Positions 23,574-37,600 are shown, numbered from the stretch's first letter. The stretch is 64,000 nt of DNA from Corallochytrium limacisporum Hawaii (GCA_002811645.1 PDIP01000060.1:62001-126000); one strand, 5' to 3'. Notes: generated from the sequence alone by a model not told the origin. Numbers and translations: made by a program.

Positions 23574-24640
23574 CAAACCGTTGGCGTGACCTAGGTGTCA
23601 GGTGCCCCTGTAATCGATATCAACATTGAGGTAAGCCCAGCATATTAGGAGAGTAGTGCCGTTTCTTAGTAGTTTGTGACCAGAATGGGTCCCTCGTTTA
23701 CTCCACGCTCAACACTGCGTACCTTTCATCAGTCTTGTCACTCGACGAGGCAACCATTTTGTTGTCTTGACTCTGAACGACGACATTCCGGTGAGATCTA
23801 ACCATCCAGAAGTCGTAAGAAGATAACCACAGTACCACGCAAACTTTCCAGGGCGCAGTGACGTACCATGGTCACTACCATCCTAGTCTGTTCGCCGAAA
23901 CTGTGTGACACCTACGGAAGCCTGCCATGGGTTGCTGAAGAAAGTGAAAAAGTCAACACAGCTCCAGATGCTGGACCCAGATGCCTACTTAAACTGTGAT
24001 GCTTTGGAAAGTTCTAGCCTGTTGTGCATCTCTGTTGATGGCGAGGGAGTGTCAACCTGTTAGTAGGCCTCAGACAGTTTGGGACGGGAGGGATGGTCGG
24101 CGGTACGGATGTACGGGAGAGGCTGGTAGTGGGTGTAATGAATGGCTCCGAGTGCTATACCTGCTCAGATGAGGTACTGCAGGAGCGTTTGCAGCCGACT
24201 GTGAAAGTGGCACACAGATCAAGTGGACAAGTTTCTGACCGGTTGCGCCTGGGCTGGCTGGTCTGGCCCATGCCAGTTTGGTGGGGAGAGCCACCGGTCC
24301 CACTGGCCCCACCCCCGTTGAGCCACTTCAGTGCGAAAGCGGCGTAGTGGGCACAGGCAGGACAAAGGAGAAAAAAAATAAATGGGCGGCTTGGAACCTG
24401 GGTTACAATCACTTCGCTTCCGGATTCTTAATATAAAATAATCCGTATATTTTATACAATGAGACAATTGGGAATACGGAATAAACCTAAACCATGACCA
24501 AAAATTCGAATGATGAATGTCGTTATTTTCATACTTTACAGTATATCTATATACAAACGTGGGCACTTTGTGTAGGGTTCTTTTTTTCTAGAGTTGGGGG
24601 AAGGTGTTACTACTACGTGTTCTTTCTACTGCGCAACTGC

Positions 24641-26095
24641 TCAGACGGAGCAGTGCGACCCGATGAACTCAGCCATCGTCATCAATCCTTTGCTACGCAT
24701 CTCCAAGTTGAATGGGAAGAGGACCCAATCGTGGAGCATGTCTTTGCCCTTGAGCGGGGTCACGTCACAACCACCAACGCGCCGACTGCGCTCGATGAAC
24801 AGTTCGATGGAATCGCAGAATACTTCGGCATCACCATAGGGAGCGAGGATCGGTGGGAAACCCTTGTTCCCATCCACTGCAAGCGAAGGTGAGAGATATG
24901 GGTCCGCATTACAGTTGTAGTACTCAGGGTGCTGGTCACCGAGCCGCCCATAGATGGCCTTACGTCCTTTGCAGAGGGACATGCCTGGGATAATATCGCC
25001 TGCTTTGTCGGGCTGTTCCTCGTACGCTGCCACAGGCCAGCAGTCAAAGGCGCCCCATAGAGACACTGGTACGATGCACCCAGGCAAGCTCCTCGGAGCC
25101 GAATGAACCAGCGCACGAGTCACAGCCATCGTTAGATTAGCCCCAGCACTGTCTCCCGCGATACAGATGCGGTTGGCGGGAATGCCACAGGTGTCTGTTA
25201 AATACATAAAGCCTGCAACGCCCTGACGCCGCGGGACAGGCCACTGGCATTCCATTGGGCCGAGCCCGTAGTCAATGGCAAAGACGTAGAGTGTGGCGTC
25301 GGGATCTTCTGCTGAATATAGGTCATGGTAGTACTCCTGCAGCTGCAGCAGAGCAGAAGAAAATGTTGTGGAATCACCGACCATGTAGCCACCACCATGG
25401 ATCCAAAAGAGAACAACGCTGCGTTTGCTTAGGGATTTACCGTGCTTCGGACGATCGAAGCCGATCCAATTGCCGCGGATGGCTACAGGTTCATCCAGGG
25501 CCCTGCGGTGGAATGCGGTCGCTTGGCGAAAGCGACTGGCGCCTGGACCGTTGTCTCGAGGGTCGCCGACGAGATATGCCTCCTCATCACCGACCAGCGG
25601 AATACGTCGTTGCGGGATATCCTCTTCTACAGCGAACAGAGGATAGTTTCCGTGTGGAAAGAATTTGTTGGTTGCCTTACTGTGGAGAACTTCAATGAAA
25701 TCCTTCTCCGCCCGGTGCATGTCAGGGGTGCTAAGGTATCTAGCGCTCATACTATGCTGCATAATAACAACGCGCACATGGTTCAGCCAACTGATTTTCT
25801 GCAAACTCCTCGGTAGGCTGTCCCATGCCACATACCTACGGGCCATCTCAAAGCCCAATTTGGAGACCAGTGCCACGACATTGATCATGAAACGACAAGC
25901 GTAAAGCACCGGGTTTTCAGTTTCAAGGGCCTGCTGTTGGACACCGGAATTATCAGGAGCCTTTCTCAGATAGTCAGGGTCTCGCCAGATCGCCGATATC
26001 CGCTCGATCTCCTTGGGAGATCTTTTCGTGAGGTTTCGTAAGGTCACGTAATGGTTCATATTTATCTTATCATATATCTGTCCGGCAAATGCCAT
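24641..26095 (-). CDS. Alpha/beta hydrolase, hormone-sensitive-lipase family (Abhydrolase_3 / Say1-like esterase)
   Basis: Oxyanion motif IHGGGY, nucleophile GDSAG, DPYLSP, GDAEVFCD (acid) and MLHDW (His). First ATG at 26095. Confidence 0.9.
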   Translation of the reverse strand: MAFAGQIYDKINMNHYVTLRNLTKRSPKEIERISAIWRDPDYLRKAPDNSGVQQQALETENPVLYACRFMINVVALVSKLGFEMARRYVAWDSLPRSLQKISWLNHVRVVIMQHSMSARYLSTPDMHRAEKDFIEVLHSKATNKFFPHGNYPLFAVEEDIPQRRIPLVGDEEAYLVGDPRDNGPGASRFRQATAFHRRALDEPVAIRGNWIGFDRPKHGKSLSKRSVVLFWIHGGGYMVGDSTTFSSALLQLQEYYHDLYSAEDPDATLYVFAIDYGLGPMECQWPVPRRQGVAGFMYLTDTCGIPANRICIAGDSAGANLTMAVTRALVHSAPRSLPGCIVPVSLWGAFDCWPVAAYEEQPDKAGDIIPGMSLCKGRKAIYGRLGDQHPEYYNCNADPYLSPSLAVDGNKGFPPILAPYGDAEVFCDSIELFIERSRRVGGCDVTPLKGKDMLHDWVLFPFNLEMRSKGLMTMAEFIGSHCSV

Positions 26096-26383
26096 GATCA
26101 ACTAGCTTAGATTTCGTTACCTAAATAGCCATATCCAATCCATAAAGAATACTTGGTTCCATGCTGCAGTCTCAGATCACCCGGTCAGCTCAATTAAGTA
26201 CATTCCAAAACTCTCTTATAATTTACCGCGATACAGGGACCACAGATAGGGCTTCTCCCTCCCCGGGGTATGGGTCCCCCACTTCGGCCATAGCGGAGCC
26301 ACCGCGGCCCAGTGGGGTCCGAAGTGAAGGGGTATTTCGTCCCCAGATTGTGCGCAGACCTCTTCACCGCTTTACCCAACCCA

Positions 26384-26607
26384 NNNNNNNNNNNNNNNNN
26401 NNNNNNNNNNNNNNNNNNNNNNNNNNNNNNNNNNNNNNNNNNNNNNNNNNNNNNNNNNNNNNNNNNNNNNNNNNNNNNNNNNNNNNNNNNNNNNNNNNNN
26501 NNNNNNNNNNNNNNNNNNNNNNNNNNNNNNNNNNNNNNNNNNNNNNNNNNNNNNNNNNNNNNNNNNNNNNNNNNNNNNNNNNNNNNNNNNNNNNNNNNNN
26601 NNNNNNN
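26384..26607. other. Assembly gap (224 N)
   Basis: Run of N. Confidence 1.
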
Positions 26608-27328
26608 TCCCCAACCCTCCCCGCCCGGTTCGCTGGCTATCAAACAGCGCCACGTTCTGCTAGGAGCCAATATCTTATCCCCTGGCCAGGATAGGTGTCT
26701 AGATTGGTGGCCCGACCTAATTGTACGATAGCAATACCAACGGACTAAGAAAATGGTAGAGTGGGGGCTCTGGCAGACCATCCGTGGGGCGGTGGCGCTG
26801 GCGAAATCTCGAGAGTAGTTGTGTGCGCAGTAACTGACACCCAAGAAAGAAGTAAAACGGAGATTGGGTGGGCTGCGGGCTGCGGGGAGGAGGACGGTGA
26901 TGGAGGGCAGACAGAGGGGTCCCGAGAGGGGGGGGGTTGGGTGGGATGGAGATTTGGGCTTGAGATCCCGAAACGGGAAGATCCGGGAGAACGTTGCCGT
27001 CACAACGAAGGTCCCGACTTGTCCAATAGATGATTGATGTTTGTTTGAACACCCTCTGATCACGTCTTTCGCATGGCAGTAATTCATAAATGATTTCTGC
27101 AAGGGACTGTTAGAAATCATTACTTTAAAGAGTCATCTTTGTGCTATCGGATGGCGGGAAACCCCCTTGCTGCATGGCGGTCCATTCCATGAGTACCACA
27201 AGAATGAACCCGCATTAGATGTCTATTGTACAATACGAAGTATTTACGTATCACTATTTTGATTAGCCCGGCTTGTCCTCTTCAACCATGAGTTCGGTGA
27301 TAGCTTAGGGTTCTGGACCTACTGCCAA

Positions 27329-28633
27329 CTACGGGTTCCTACTCTGTCTGTGACTTCCTGGTATAGCTCCATCGTCCGAAGTCTCTGTGTTGCTGGATAA
27401 GTTCTGAAGCTCCGGTTCCTCATGATCAAGCTCACCACGGATGTCCTTTTCCACATACGTGGCCAATGCCTCCGCGTTCTTATTCCCGCCTTCTGCTGCA
27501 AGATTGAGCCAGTAAAGGGCCTTCTCCATGTCTTTCTCTACGCCCTTCCCATGCCAGTACAGCTGTCCCAGGTTCAGCTGGCTCAGAGTGAAGCCTTTCA
27601 TCGCAGCCAAAGAAAACCACTTCGCAGCTGACTTCATATCGTGCTCCACGCCACGCCCGCTGACGTAGTGCGTGCCAACGTTGTGCAGGGCCATTGGCCG
27701 GCCTGTGTACGCTGCCGTACGGTGGTGCGCAAAGGCGGTAATATAGCACTGCTTGTCTACAATCCGACCCTGTGAATACCATCGTGCTAGGGTCATGTGC
27801 GCCAAAAAGTCACCCTTGGCTGCAGCCATTGATACGAGGTCCAGAGCCTTCTCTTCGTCGACGCCAAGACGATACTTGGGATCGCTGTATGCAACGCCGA
27901 GGGTTGTCAAGGCCTCCAATACGCCCGCCGCTGCAGCCCTTTCAAAGTATTGCTTTGCGATCACTGGATCCGGCACCGTGGCACCCTCCTTACCCTCCAA
28001 AAAGAGCTGACCAGCAAGATGGAGGGCCGGAGGGTAGTCCACAACGCACAGCGTCAGAATTCGGGCGAAAGCTTCGTTGGCGAGAGGGTTGGTGCTATCT
28101 GCTTTGCTACCTAACGACACGGACGATCCTGTAGCTGTCTTGGTCATGCCATGGCCACTGAGCAGCATGCGTGAGTACAATAGATGGCCCGCATTAGAGC
28201 CGTGCTCTGCGCTTAGCCAGGCAAGCCCCGCAGCGATGCTCTGCATCCGACGGTAGGAGGGATCACCGGACAGACTGATCCCGTAGATGGTCTGGGCCAG
28301 ACGATGGAGGGCATCAGGTCCAGCTGACCGAACAGCGTCGTCAAAATCTGTATCCGATCCCCAACCTTTCTCCAACTGACTTAGCGCCTCTAAGACCTGT
28401 GCCTCAGCGAATGGTAGAGATCCGTGGTAGTGATCCTCAACCTTGCGCATGAGTTGGATGACATTCGCCGCATTACTACGAGCCCTTAATTCAATACTAT
28501 GGCTTGAAGTATTCCTCTCTGTCTGTGTGCGCGTTACACTCTTAGTTTCCGTGGCGTATCCGGCGACCGATGCGTGTCTTCCACCGACAGGCTGTCTAAT
28601 AGTTCGGTAAAAGGCTGACCCGTACTTGAGCAT
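27329..28633 (-). CDS. Sel1-like repeat protein with probable mitochondrial presequence
   Basis: Canonical SLR units, e.g. ALHNVGTHYVSGRGVEHDMKSAAKWFSLAAMKG and SQLNLGQLYWHGKGVEKDMEKALYWLNLAAEGG. Arg/Ser/Thr-rich N-terminus with no acidic residues (MLKYGSAFYRTIRQPVGGRHASVAGYAT). Confidence 0.88.
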   Translation of the reverse strand: MLKYGSAFYRTIRQPVGGRHASVAGYATETKSVTRTQTERNTSSHSIELRARSNAANVIQLMRKVEDHYHGSLPFAEAQVLEALSQLEKGWGSDTDFDDAVRSAGPDALHRLAQTIYGISLSGDPSYRRMQSIAAGLAWLSAEHGSNAGHLLYSRMLLSGHGMTKTATGSSVSLGSKADSTNPLANEAFARILTLCVVDYPPALHLAGQLFLEGKEGATVPDPVIAKQYFERAAAAGVLEALTTLGVAYSDPKYRLGVDEEKALDLVSMAAAKGDFLAHMTLARWYSQGRIVDKQCYITAFAHHRTAAYTGRPMALHNVGTHYVSGRGVEHDMKSAAKWFSLAAMKGFTLSQLNLGQLYWHGKGVEKDMEKALYWLNLAAEGGNKNAEALATYVEKDIRGELDHEEPELQNLSSNTETSDDGAIPGSHRQSRNP

Positions 28634-31600
28634 CCCTCTTGTGTGTGTACTAAGACTTTACAAAATTTCTTCCACACCTTTCATTTCGTCTTTGAGAATT
28701 ATCACCCACTATTGTCCTGCATGTCGCAGTAATTTCTAACACATTCCCTGGTGTTTTTGATTCTTCTGATTATCACTGCTTTCCCTACTGTGAGGCGCGA
28801 CAAAGCCTAAAGATGCCGCTTTTCTCTGGAATTAATGCAAACCCTCGCATACACTTAAGAACAGTGTAACACTGTTTCACCTTTAAATTCCTAGGTAGTG
28901 CACCGTGAAACCAATGCGTACTTGGAGAAATATGTCACCAAATCAACCGCAAATTCTTCAAATACGAGAGGCTCCCGTCCCGGAGCTCAAGGCACCACAT
29001 CCACCCGGTTTACGCCCGCACGGCCACAGAGAGGAATGGGTGAAGGGAAGGGGGGTGGGGAACCGAGCAGCCAAGGAACGAACTGGACCCCGCGTTAGTC
29101 GTTGGGTGAATTGAGGAGGGATGGAATTGTCTCCGCGCTGGCACCCTGTGCCGGTGTATCTATCATTGTGGCTGTCACTGTCCCTGTCGCTGTCTCTATC
29201 CTAGTCACGTCCAGATCTCTGTCTTTTGTTTCCAACTCCGGGGTTGGTGTATCACAGTTGTCAGCAAAGAAAGAGGCTTGGAAACCAGCCCACATCGCAC
29301 ATGGTCCCTCCACATCATCGATCGATGGGCCCGTTCAGCGAGCAGATGGTATCGCAGCGATACTTGGGAAACACCTCCGTGAAGCATCCAAAACTAGCAT
29401 GGTTACGATTCTGTCCCTAAACACATTGATGCTGTTTACAAGAACAATCCAGTGCGGAGATACGCCGATAAATAAGATGGAGCGCGCGATATAATCTGCG
29501 CATGGAGCATCTCGTGTTTCTCACAGTGTAAAATGGGGAAGAGAGAGGTCAATCTCATCCGATGCCATTTCAGCAGGATGCCCATGAAGGAGCATTGTTG
29601 ATGCCTTCTTGTCGGGGATGCCAGATAGAGAGGTCCGCCACGTTTGTTTTCACCGAAAAAATAGAATTGGGATCTATTAGTGGACGAAGATTTGGACCAG
29701 GATAGCCTTGAACCCAATCTCAGTGAGGTCACTTTGCGTACCGGTCCGTACCGACGGTAGCGCTCGCAGAATCTGCGTTCAGCACACGACAAACAATTAT
29801 CCGGGCAGTGACAGTGAATTTGCTTTCGGAATGTACGAAAGAACAGCCGAATACACAGAGGCAACCACTCATTCCAAAGCGACTACCGTGCGGTGCACAC
29901 AGAGGTGACGAAATTGGAAGGACGCAAACGAAATCGGTACGCGTCGGGGCCCTTACTCGAATGTGTGTACTTGGCGGTCAATGGACAAGGTACTCAGGCG
30001 GAGAGGGAGGTTTCAGTGACACACCCTAACGAAAGTAGGGTGCATACCACCCGAAATCTGTGGCTACTACTTCGACAAAAGTTGTTCACACAGTCGTCAA
30101 CACCCCGAAGGCATGAGATACCCCCTCCCCTTCCAACACAACAAGGGCGATTGGCAATATGAAGAGTTTCAGTTTTGAGACCGCCGTATACGTCTTGCCG
30201 TAATTTGCACTATTTTGATGTGCCGTGGATGATTGTGGATGATTGACTGCCACCAAAGACAACAGGGCTCTAATGTGAGGACAATGTCCCCTCTAATGTA
30301 GAGGCCCGTATCCAAAAAGTGGTGGTGTGAAGGAAAGCGGGGAGCCGGTGGACACCCGAGTATCGGGCCTGTTCGAAGTACGGGTCTTGGAAGGGGATTT
30401 ATTCTGAACGGGAATTGTATGGCCAGTCCGTCCTAACCAAAACAATCCACCGAGTTCAGTCCGGATCATCACGCAAGGAATGAAGTAGAAGCCCAGTCCC
30501 GTGTCATCTTCAATAGATGTGTTTCTGCCAGTGCCATAGACGTCGCACCCATCTAACCTCACATCCTCGTCATGGCGTCTGGGACGTGCAGAGCCTAACG
30601 AAACCAGAAAGAGAAACAAGGAGAACTGCAGGCTGCTTAATGACATTTCCACTTCATTCACGATCAAACTAATCGCTTGCAGCCCGCGAACTACTTTAGA
30701 CCGTTTCTATTTCTGCTGTTCCCGGACGCAATCCTTACCACTTTCTTCCGCCGGAATAAAAGTATTGGTAGTGTTGGAAATACTACTTTCCTTGTACAGA
30801 GACCTCATCGGGCATCCCCGGCAGGGAACGTGTCGTTGACCCTGCCTTGTCTTTGGTTTCTGAGGGACACCGCTATCTTGCTACCATTTCCTACCGGCCT
30901 TCTTTCCGGTTCACTGGCAATCAAATCAATGCTTGCAGCCCACTGAATACCTTTCTCCTCTATCGCTGCTACACGACAACACACACGGCAACACAAGGAC
31001 ATGTGGGCTGTTTTGAATCGCTGCCAGCATCAATACATACACAGGGTAGAGAAAGCACAGCATCCTTGTTCGTGTCTGCGCTACCATTCACATAAAGCAC
31101 ACTCCACGCGATCGCACCCAAAATAAACAGGATTTGGGGGTATGGGGACACTTGAGGATTGCATTGGCTTTGTTCTGGGGATCCTAGCTATCCTCCACCC
31201 TCGCCACCCTCGTCTTTGGCCAGAGCTGCCCTTGATACTAGTTCATTTCATCCATAAAATATGGTTGAAATGTTGATATCAACAAAGCCTACGCAGCTCC
31301 TATATCTTGCTTCCTTCCTACAAGTTGACAAGATAGATTGATCAAGAGATAGCTTTGGGATTTCTGCAGGAATTCTATGATTCGTCCGCAGCGGGAGGGT
31401 GTGCCGTGTGCGCTTTATGTGCCCAAGATGAGGCCCTAAGGCATCACACATGAATGGAAAACGTGAGCTGGAGTGCACCGGCACAAACACACGACTTGGC
31501 AGCAATCGTATGGAATGCAACGGGTGAGCCGACGCATCTGTGATCACTCTCCCGCAACCATGCATAGTCCCCATGCGCTCAACAATGGATTGGGGTTTCT

Positions 31601-34600
31601 TGCCATGAGCCCACTTTCTGAACTCGTTTCCTCCCTCTGCAGTAGGAGTGGAAATGGCCAAAGCCTTGTCATGTCGGGGACGGGCGGCTGCACCACAGCT
31701 GGAAATACGACTTCAACGATAGGAGTGACAGGTGCACATTGTGGATACACACATGGCTTCTTGCCGGGTGCAGCGGCGCTGCATTTCTCCGTGTGCTCCC
31801 CAATCCGCCGTCTGGCAATCCAGAATACATTGGAGTAGCAAAAGCCAAGAATCCAACATTGACGTCCGTTGGCCCATCCATTAACACCACCTTGCAGGCA
31901 GTGGTGTGTGCGTTGCAAATACTGCAAACGAAGATTTCATCCGTCCCACCTTTCGTACTGGTTTGTGCATGAGTATGTACAGGCTACGTGTAGAACGCTT
32001 GCATTTAGGAGGTAAGTGAAATGTACAAACCTCGGGCACCACAAGAACACACTGCCGTCCGTTCGCTTTCCTCTCGCGTATGCTATGTATTTATAGTCCT
32101 CACTCATATCTTTCGTCGTTCTCGCTTGGTCCGGCGAAGAACCCAACCAACTCCTGACGCCATTGGACTGCAAGGATACAGGCGGCAGATAGGTGTGGGG
32201 AAAAGCGCCCACATGAAGTGTAGGAGGAAGCCGATAGTTTTTGGCTTAAGTTTTCATCTTGAACCAAACACCACCACCACGTCTTTTCTTTTTGTTTTTC
32301 TCGAAGTTTCGTCTTTGTGATAGCAAATGAATAGCTTAGAATAGTATCAGAAGTGGAGTGGAGTTATTAAACGCCAACCATCGTGGATCTCTGATAGATA
32401 ACATGGTAGTTGTTGAAAGATAATCGAAGAAAACAGCGTGCGTCGTCCATTTCAGTGCGGTTTGCGTTCGCTAAAATATGTGGGCGGAAGTAACACCGAA
32501 CGGAACCTTGATACACCCTCTCGGAAAAAGCGTTCTCATGCAAAACATCTTACTGATAATCTGTGTGTTGTATTTGCCCTTGCATGTTCAGAAAAAATTA
32601 GGAATTCGTTTGACGCTGAAGTTAGAACGGCAATCTTGAACTCAACTTTCCAAACTCCTCGAATTCATACGGTTGAATGTTCCGTCAACGCACCACCTCA
32701 CCTCCTTTCTTTCCCCCCCCCCGGGGGGGGGGGCCGAAGATGGCAGACTCTACCCGTACATACACTATACATTAGGTATCCTTCCTGAAAAGGAAGGTTT
32801 TTGCCACGCTACAGAAAATCGTTGGTAGTTTTTGCTTTCTTGAATTCGCGAACCCCCTACGGGTCCCTAAGAAAACGGATCGACTTGCAACCTGAGCTTT
32901 GGGAAGGGAAGGAGTGAGAAGGGGGGGGGGGATTAGCGTTTTGGTTCTGAGGGCTCGGACATGTACCGCCACCCGGTAGCAGGTTCAGTGCATACGTGTG
33001 TGGTCTGGGGAATGCTGGAGTAAAATCTGTTAGGGTGCGCACCCGGGCAATGGACGGGTGATGTCAAAAAACCATTTGGGGGTCAGAATTGTTGGATTTT
33101 TGCAATGAGTGGGCAAATTTATAAGGTTCTATTTTGCAGAACGGGTGCCGCCACGAAGCGGTCAGATTGACTGGGCTTTCGCGAGCGTCCCCATCGAGAA
33201 ATGGACGCTGGGTTTTGTCCAAAGTGCGTCCCCTGTGCTACCATCCTGTATACTACAAAATTTGGATTATTTATAGGGGTTCCGGGGGCATGGAGGAAGC
33301 CAAAGGCGAGGCCATCAACTTCGTGGACGTCGACGGCATACGAGCTCACTGCAGATGATGTGCGTTGAAACCACCCGTTGCCGCTTCGTCGCCTCCTTAC
33401 ACTGCAAGGCCGGACAGGGTTGTAGACATGGACGCGCAACTATGTTGATTTTTAGTAATGGACCGCGCCTTCCTCCTATGTTGTTTGCTACGTGTTGCTT
33501 ATTACAGTGAATTCGTTAAGTTTATCGCCCAAAAGTTGAACCCCCTGGGGTCCAAAAGGAACACGTAGGACACTCTATTCGGGTGCGATGGTGTCAATTT
33601 CAATGGAACTTCAGAAAGACCTAAGGACAAAAGGAGGTTGGAGGGTGGTACGTGCGGCTCGAGCGGTTGCAGAGATCCAGCAATCAAATTTATGAATGAA
33701 TTTCATCCGCGGTAAGTTCGTTTTCATCAACTTCAAAACAACTTCTAAGGTTAAAAGCTGTCAGGTTGTACCTTTTTCAGCTCCGTCTTTTTGTTGAGTT
33801 TGCGGGTCTTTCGCTACTCCCGACTGCCATACCCACCCGCGGCGAGCCCGAGAGTGTTAGCAGACGGGTTGTCTAGTTGTCCGTGCCTGAGCAATTGCAT
33901 ACACATTCATCCGTAACCAACCCCACCCCTTAGGAACATCCATGCAAGACTTAAGGAAAGCCACTACCATCAAAGGCACCAATCCTTTGAAAGCACAACA
34001 CATGCTCCATCATAATCTCTGCGGCCAAGCGGGCATCTAGCACCTTTCTGCATCCATGCGGTCTTCGTACACCTCGGATCTCGCGTTCTCTCTTCGGATC
34101 TTCATAGGCCCCATTTGGAAAGTAATCCCCTAAAGAAATAAGCAGAATCTATCTTGGTAAAAAAAGTATGGAAGACGTTGAATTTTTTTCTTCAAAATGT
34201 CCTCGTTCCGTTCCCTATGGGCGTAGGAAACCACCCACATACTATTTCCATTAGAAGCATGTTGGAAATGCTCCGCGCATGCACCACCACAACTCTGCAG
34301 CTTTTGTGTTGTCTACGCCCTGCCTGCTTATGTTACGAAAGTGCACCTATTTGTAAATCGAGTACTTGTTCCAGTCATGCTCTGTTGGACCGAACAGTCG
34401 CTCGTGAGCTGGAAAACAAAATTTGCCATTCGTTCAATTTCTGTTCATATGACGAAAAAAAGTGTGTTTGGCTCTAAGTTAAGTCGCCGACGAGGAGTGG
34501 ATCACAGCGCACGCGTTTTCAGAAGGATCAGATGATTCGAAACGGAGAGGGCAGGCCTCTTGTCCATTTAGAAAAAAGGGGTTGGCAAAGCGTCAACACG

Positions 34601-37600
34601 AGCGAACTGAACACGTACACAAATAAATGTCAGTGAGTAACCCCCCATCAAGAGACAGCTTGAACAAAGAACGCAGAAGGAGTGCCGAGCATTTTACAGC
34701 AGACTGGAGTCTGCTGATCTGAAAAAGTACGCACCCTTGGACATGATCACCAGAGGCAGAAATAAAACTCCACTGTCAAACTATTGTCCAGAGAAACCGT
34801 GCCCCTTGGTGAGGAGGGGATCCAAGAAGAAGAATGCAAACACGTAGTGTGAGGTATCGCTCCAAACGCACCCGATAGTTTCGGGTCTCCGCAGAAGGGC
34901 CCGTCGGGTGATGTCCTCCCTTTTCTCTTGTTAAGCCCGCTTCTTCCGAGACAGGAGAGAGTAGTTTGGGCGCCAGCAGTTCCCCGTACTAGCCCACGCA
35001 CTCCGTGATGAGTAGCCTTCAATTTAACTTTTCCATTTCTCTTGTCGATCTATCCCTCCACGCCGACTAGTCAACAAGGGCGGTCATGGGCGGTCAGCAT
35101 GCATGCATGAGAAAGGAGATTCTGAAGGAGGTCGATGGTCGGGCTAAAGTCCTTTCGTTTGCCTTCAATTCGTCTCTGAGTGCACTCTTTCGTCTCGCCC
35201 ACTAAGCAACCGCAAAATGAAAACAATAACAATCCAACATCATCCCGTGCTGATTGTCACCGAGAATCTCTTGAATTTGGAAACAGGTTTACCAAATGAG
35301 CCAGCAATGTTGTGTGTATGTGCTTACGTTAGACTATGTAATGAGCTCAGCTTCCAAGTCACCAAGCCGTTACTCTGCAATGGTCTTGCATGTATGGCTG
35401 CAAAGCTGCGGATCGTGGTCCCATAGAGTAAGTATCAGATACCAGGATCCAACTATGGTCAACTGTCGAGCTCTCCATGACATCCTTCTTTGGGGGGACG
35501 CGGTCTGTTGCTACAACATCAACACAGGAAGAACCCACTCGTCTGAATCACATTTTGACACACAGCAACTAGTACAGAACATTACGATGCCATCGCTGGC
35601 CTTTCGGAAGTAGAGACATCATTACCAAGGTTGAAAAGCCATATGCGGCCGGTGGCGCTTCACGATCGTATGCAAACACAGCCAGCTCCTGCTGACCCAC
35701 CCAAAAGCGTATCAACAGTACTCTCATTCTACGAATCACAGGGGGTCACAACATCCTAGTGCTGCAAAATGTATCGATCATCACTGAGTAAGGCATCCGA
35801 TCGCTCATCGCAGATGTGTTGCGTAGGCCATTCAGTTTTACTGGAGGATAACAAGGGGTATATATCATACACCCTGTGCTTGCCACTGTTTGTGCAGAAT
35901 CGAACCAGCGAACCGCAAAACAATGATTCCCGATGAGACCTGTCCTCAACTGATCCTACTCTGGCTTCTCACGAGGTGCCTTACAGTGCACAAACGCAAG
36001 GGCCTCTGTTTTCTCTCTCTCTTTCTCTTTTGACTTTTTTCCTGTCTCGCTCTGTTTGCTGTATTTCTCTCCACACTGATCCTGATACACCTTATTGTGT
36101 ATTTGTCGTAACGAATTAAACTGCCAACTTGAGATAAAACAGAAAACGATAGACTAACCCGTCGGATGTTCCAGGGGATGATGCAGAAACATGTACCCCA
36201 TGTGGTTTGACACTATGAACGTGCGGGTCAAGTTGCGGCACTGTGGACGCTGAGTTCACCGACCAGTCCACAGTGCGGGTTCCATTTGAACTCCGTGCAC
36301 TTGCTCGGACACACCTCATGTTTTGCAGAAAAAATGAATGAGGGGGGGCAGTGGGGGTGCCACCAGAGGACCCCTACCGGAACGAGGGGTACATGTGCTC
36401 AATCCTTCGGGTAGTGGCAGAACCTGTCCCGCAGTCAAGGAGTTACACATACTGAAGAAAAAAACCTAGGGAGTTGAAGAAAAAAGGAAACAAGTATTTG
36501 CACGAGCACGTTTTCGGGACAATTTGCCGCACAGTGCTTTTCACTGTGTTTTAAATAGAAACTCACCACAAAGTCTCGTACCGGAAGGAGGGAAGGAGAG
36601 GGAAGGGCACCGAACGAGAATTTTTTTTCTCTGCCGGAAGTCTATAAAAAATTCTCTACCGGACTGCTTTCTGTTTCTAAACCGCAGGCAAGCTGTTGCT
36701 AAAGTGTGTAGGAGCCGGAAGGAGGCACAGCTGGGGTCGAGTTCAAACGAGTGTGGACAAAAAAAGTCAGCAAGACGAAAACTTCCGAAACCGAGCGGAA
36801 GAAATCCCGGGCAACGCTATACAAAAACTGCACCAACAGAGATACCACCAACACCAACTCTCTGTCCAAAGAGCCCATCATTGTGCCTGCATTCACCAAG
36901 AACTAAGCTGGCAAAGTGCAACAGAAGAGGAAACTAGATCAGCTGTCATCTACAAACACACGCAATTCTACCCGCACATCAAGAACAGGAATGGTCTATA
37001 ACAAAGAAATTGCTACACAACCGAAGCGCTGCTGCCAAGAATCTTCGTCACTCTTCCCTTCGAAGGGCTATATAGAGAGTTTGAACGGAATCGGCCTCAT
37101 GTTTACTATTCGTTCTGTCATTGCCAATTTTCACACAGGACCGGATCCGAGCGGAACCGGGCCGCTTTCTCCGTCAACAAAGCCGGGTTCCGAAACTCCG
37201 AGGTCCAGATAAGACGATAGAAGAAAAGAGAAGTAAATGAAATGAGAGAAGCACGTACAAATTACATGTAGTTTGTACTTCGCTTTCCTCCAATCTGCTC
37301 CTTTTTTGTCGTCCCTAAGAGAGAGAGAGCGAGCAGCAGGAGTTCACACGCTGTGTGTTCGTGCGAGCCTTCTTTTGTATACCTCTGAGCTTGAATGTTA
37401 AATACTTGTCCCTTTCAGAATCCCGCTACCCGTTCAATATGAAACGGCCCAACAATCTTCTACACAATTGATAAAGAGGAGAAGATAGCACGTAATATTG
37501 GACACACACAGACAAGAGGGCTGCGGAACTCTCGAATCTTAAATTGTCTCTGAATGGGGAATTTCTCCATTAAAAAAATTCTCCCGCTTTTTCTACTTTC

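Noticed and set aside
23580-24350. Stop-riddled protein-like fragments after the minisatellite
   Set aside because: No recognisable family; cannot be told apart from random sequence without a search.
26161-27120. ORFs spanning the N gap
   Set aside because: Artefacts of translating through Ns.
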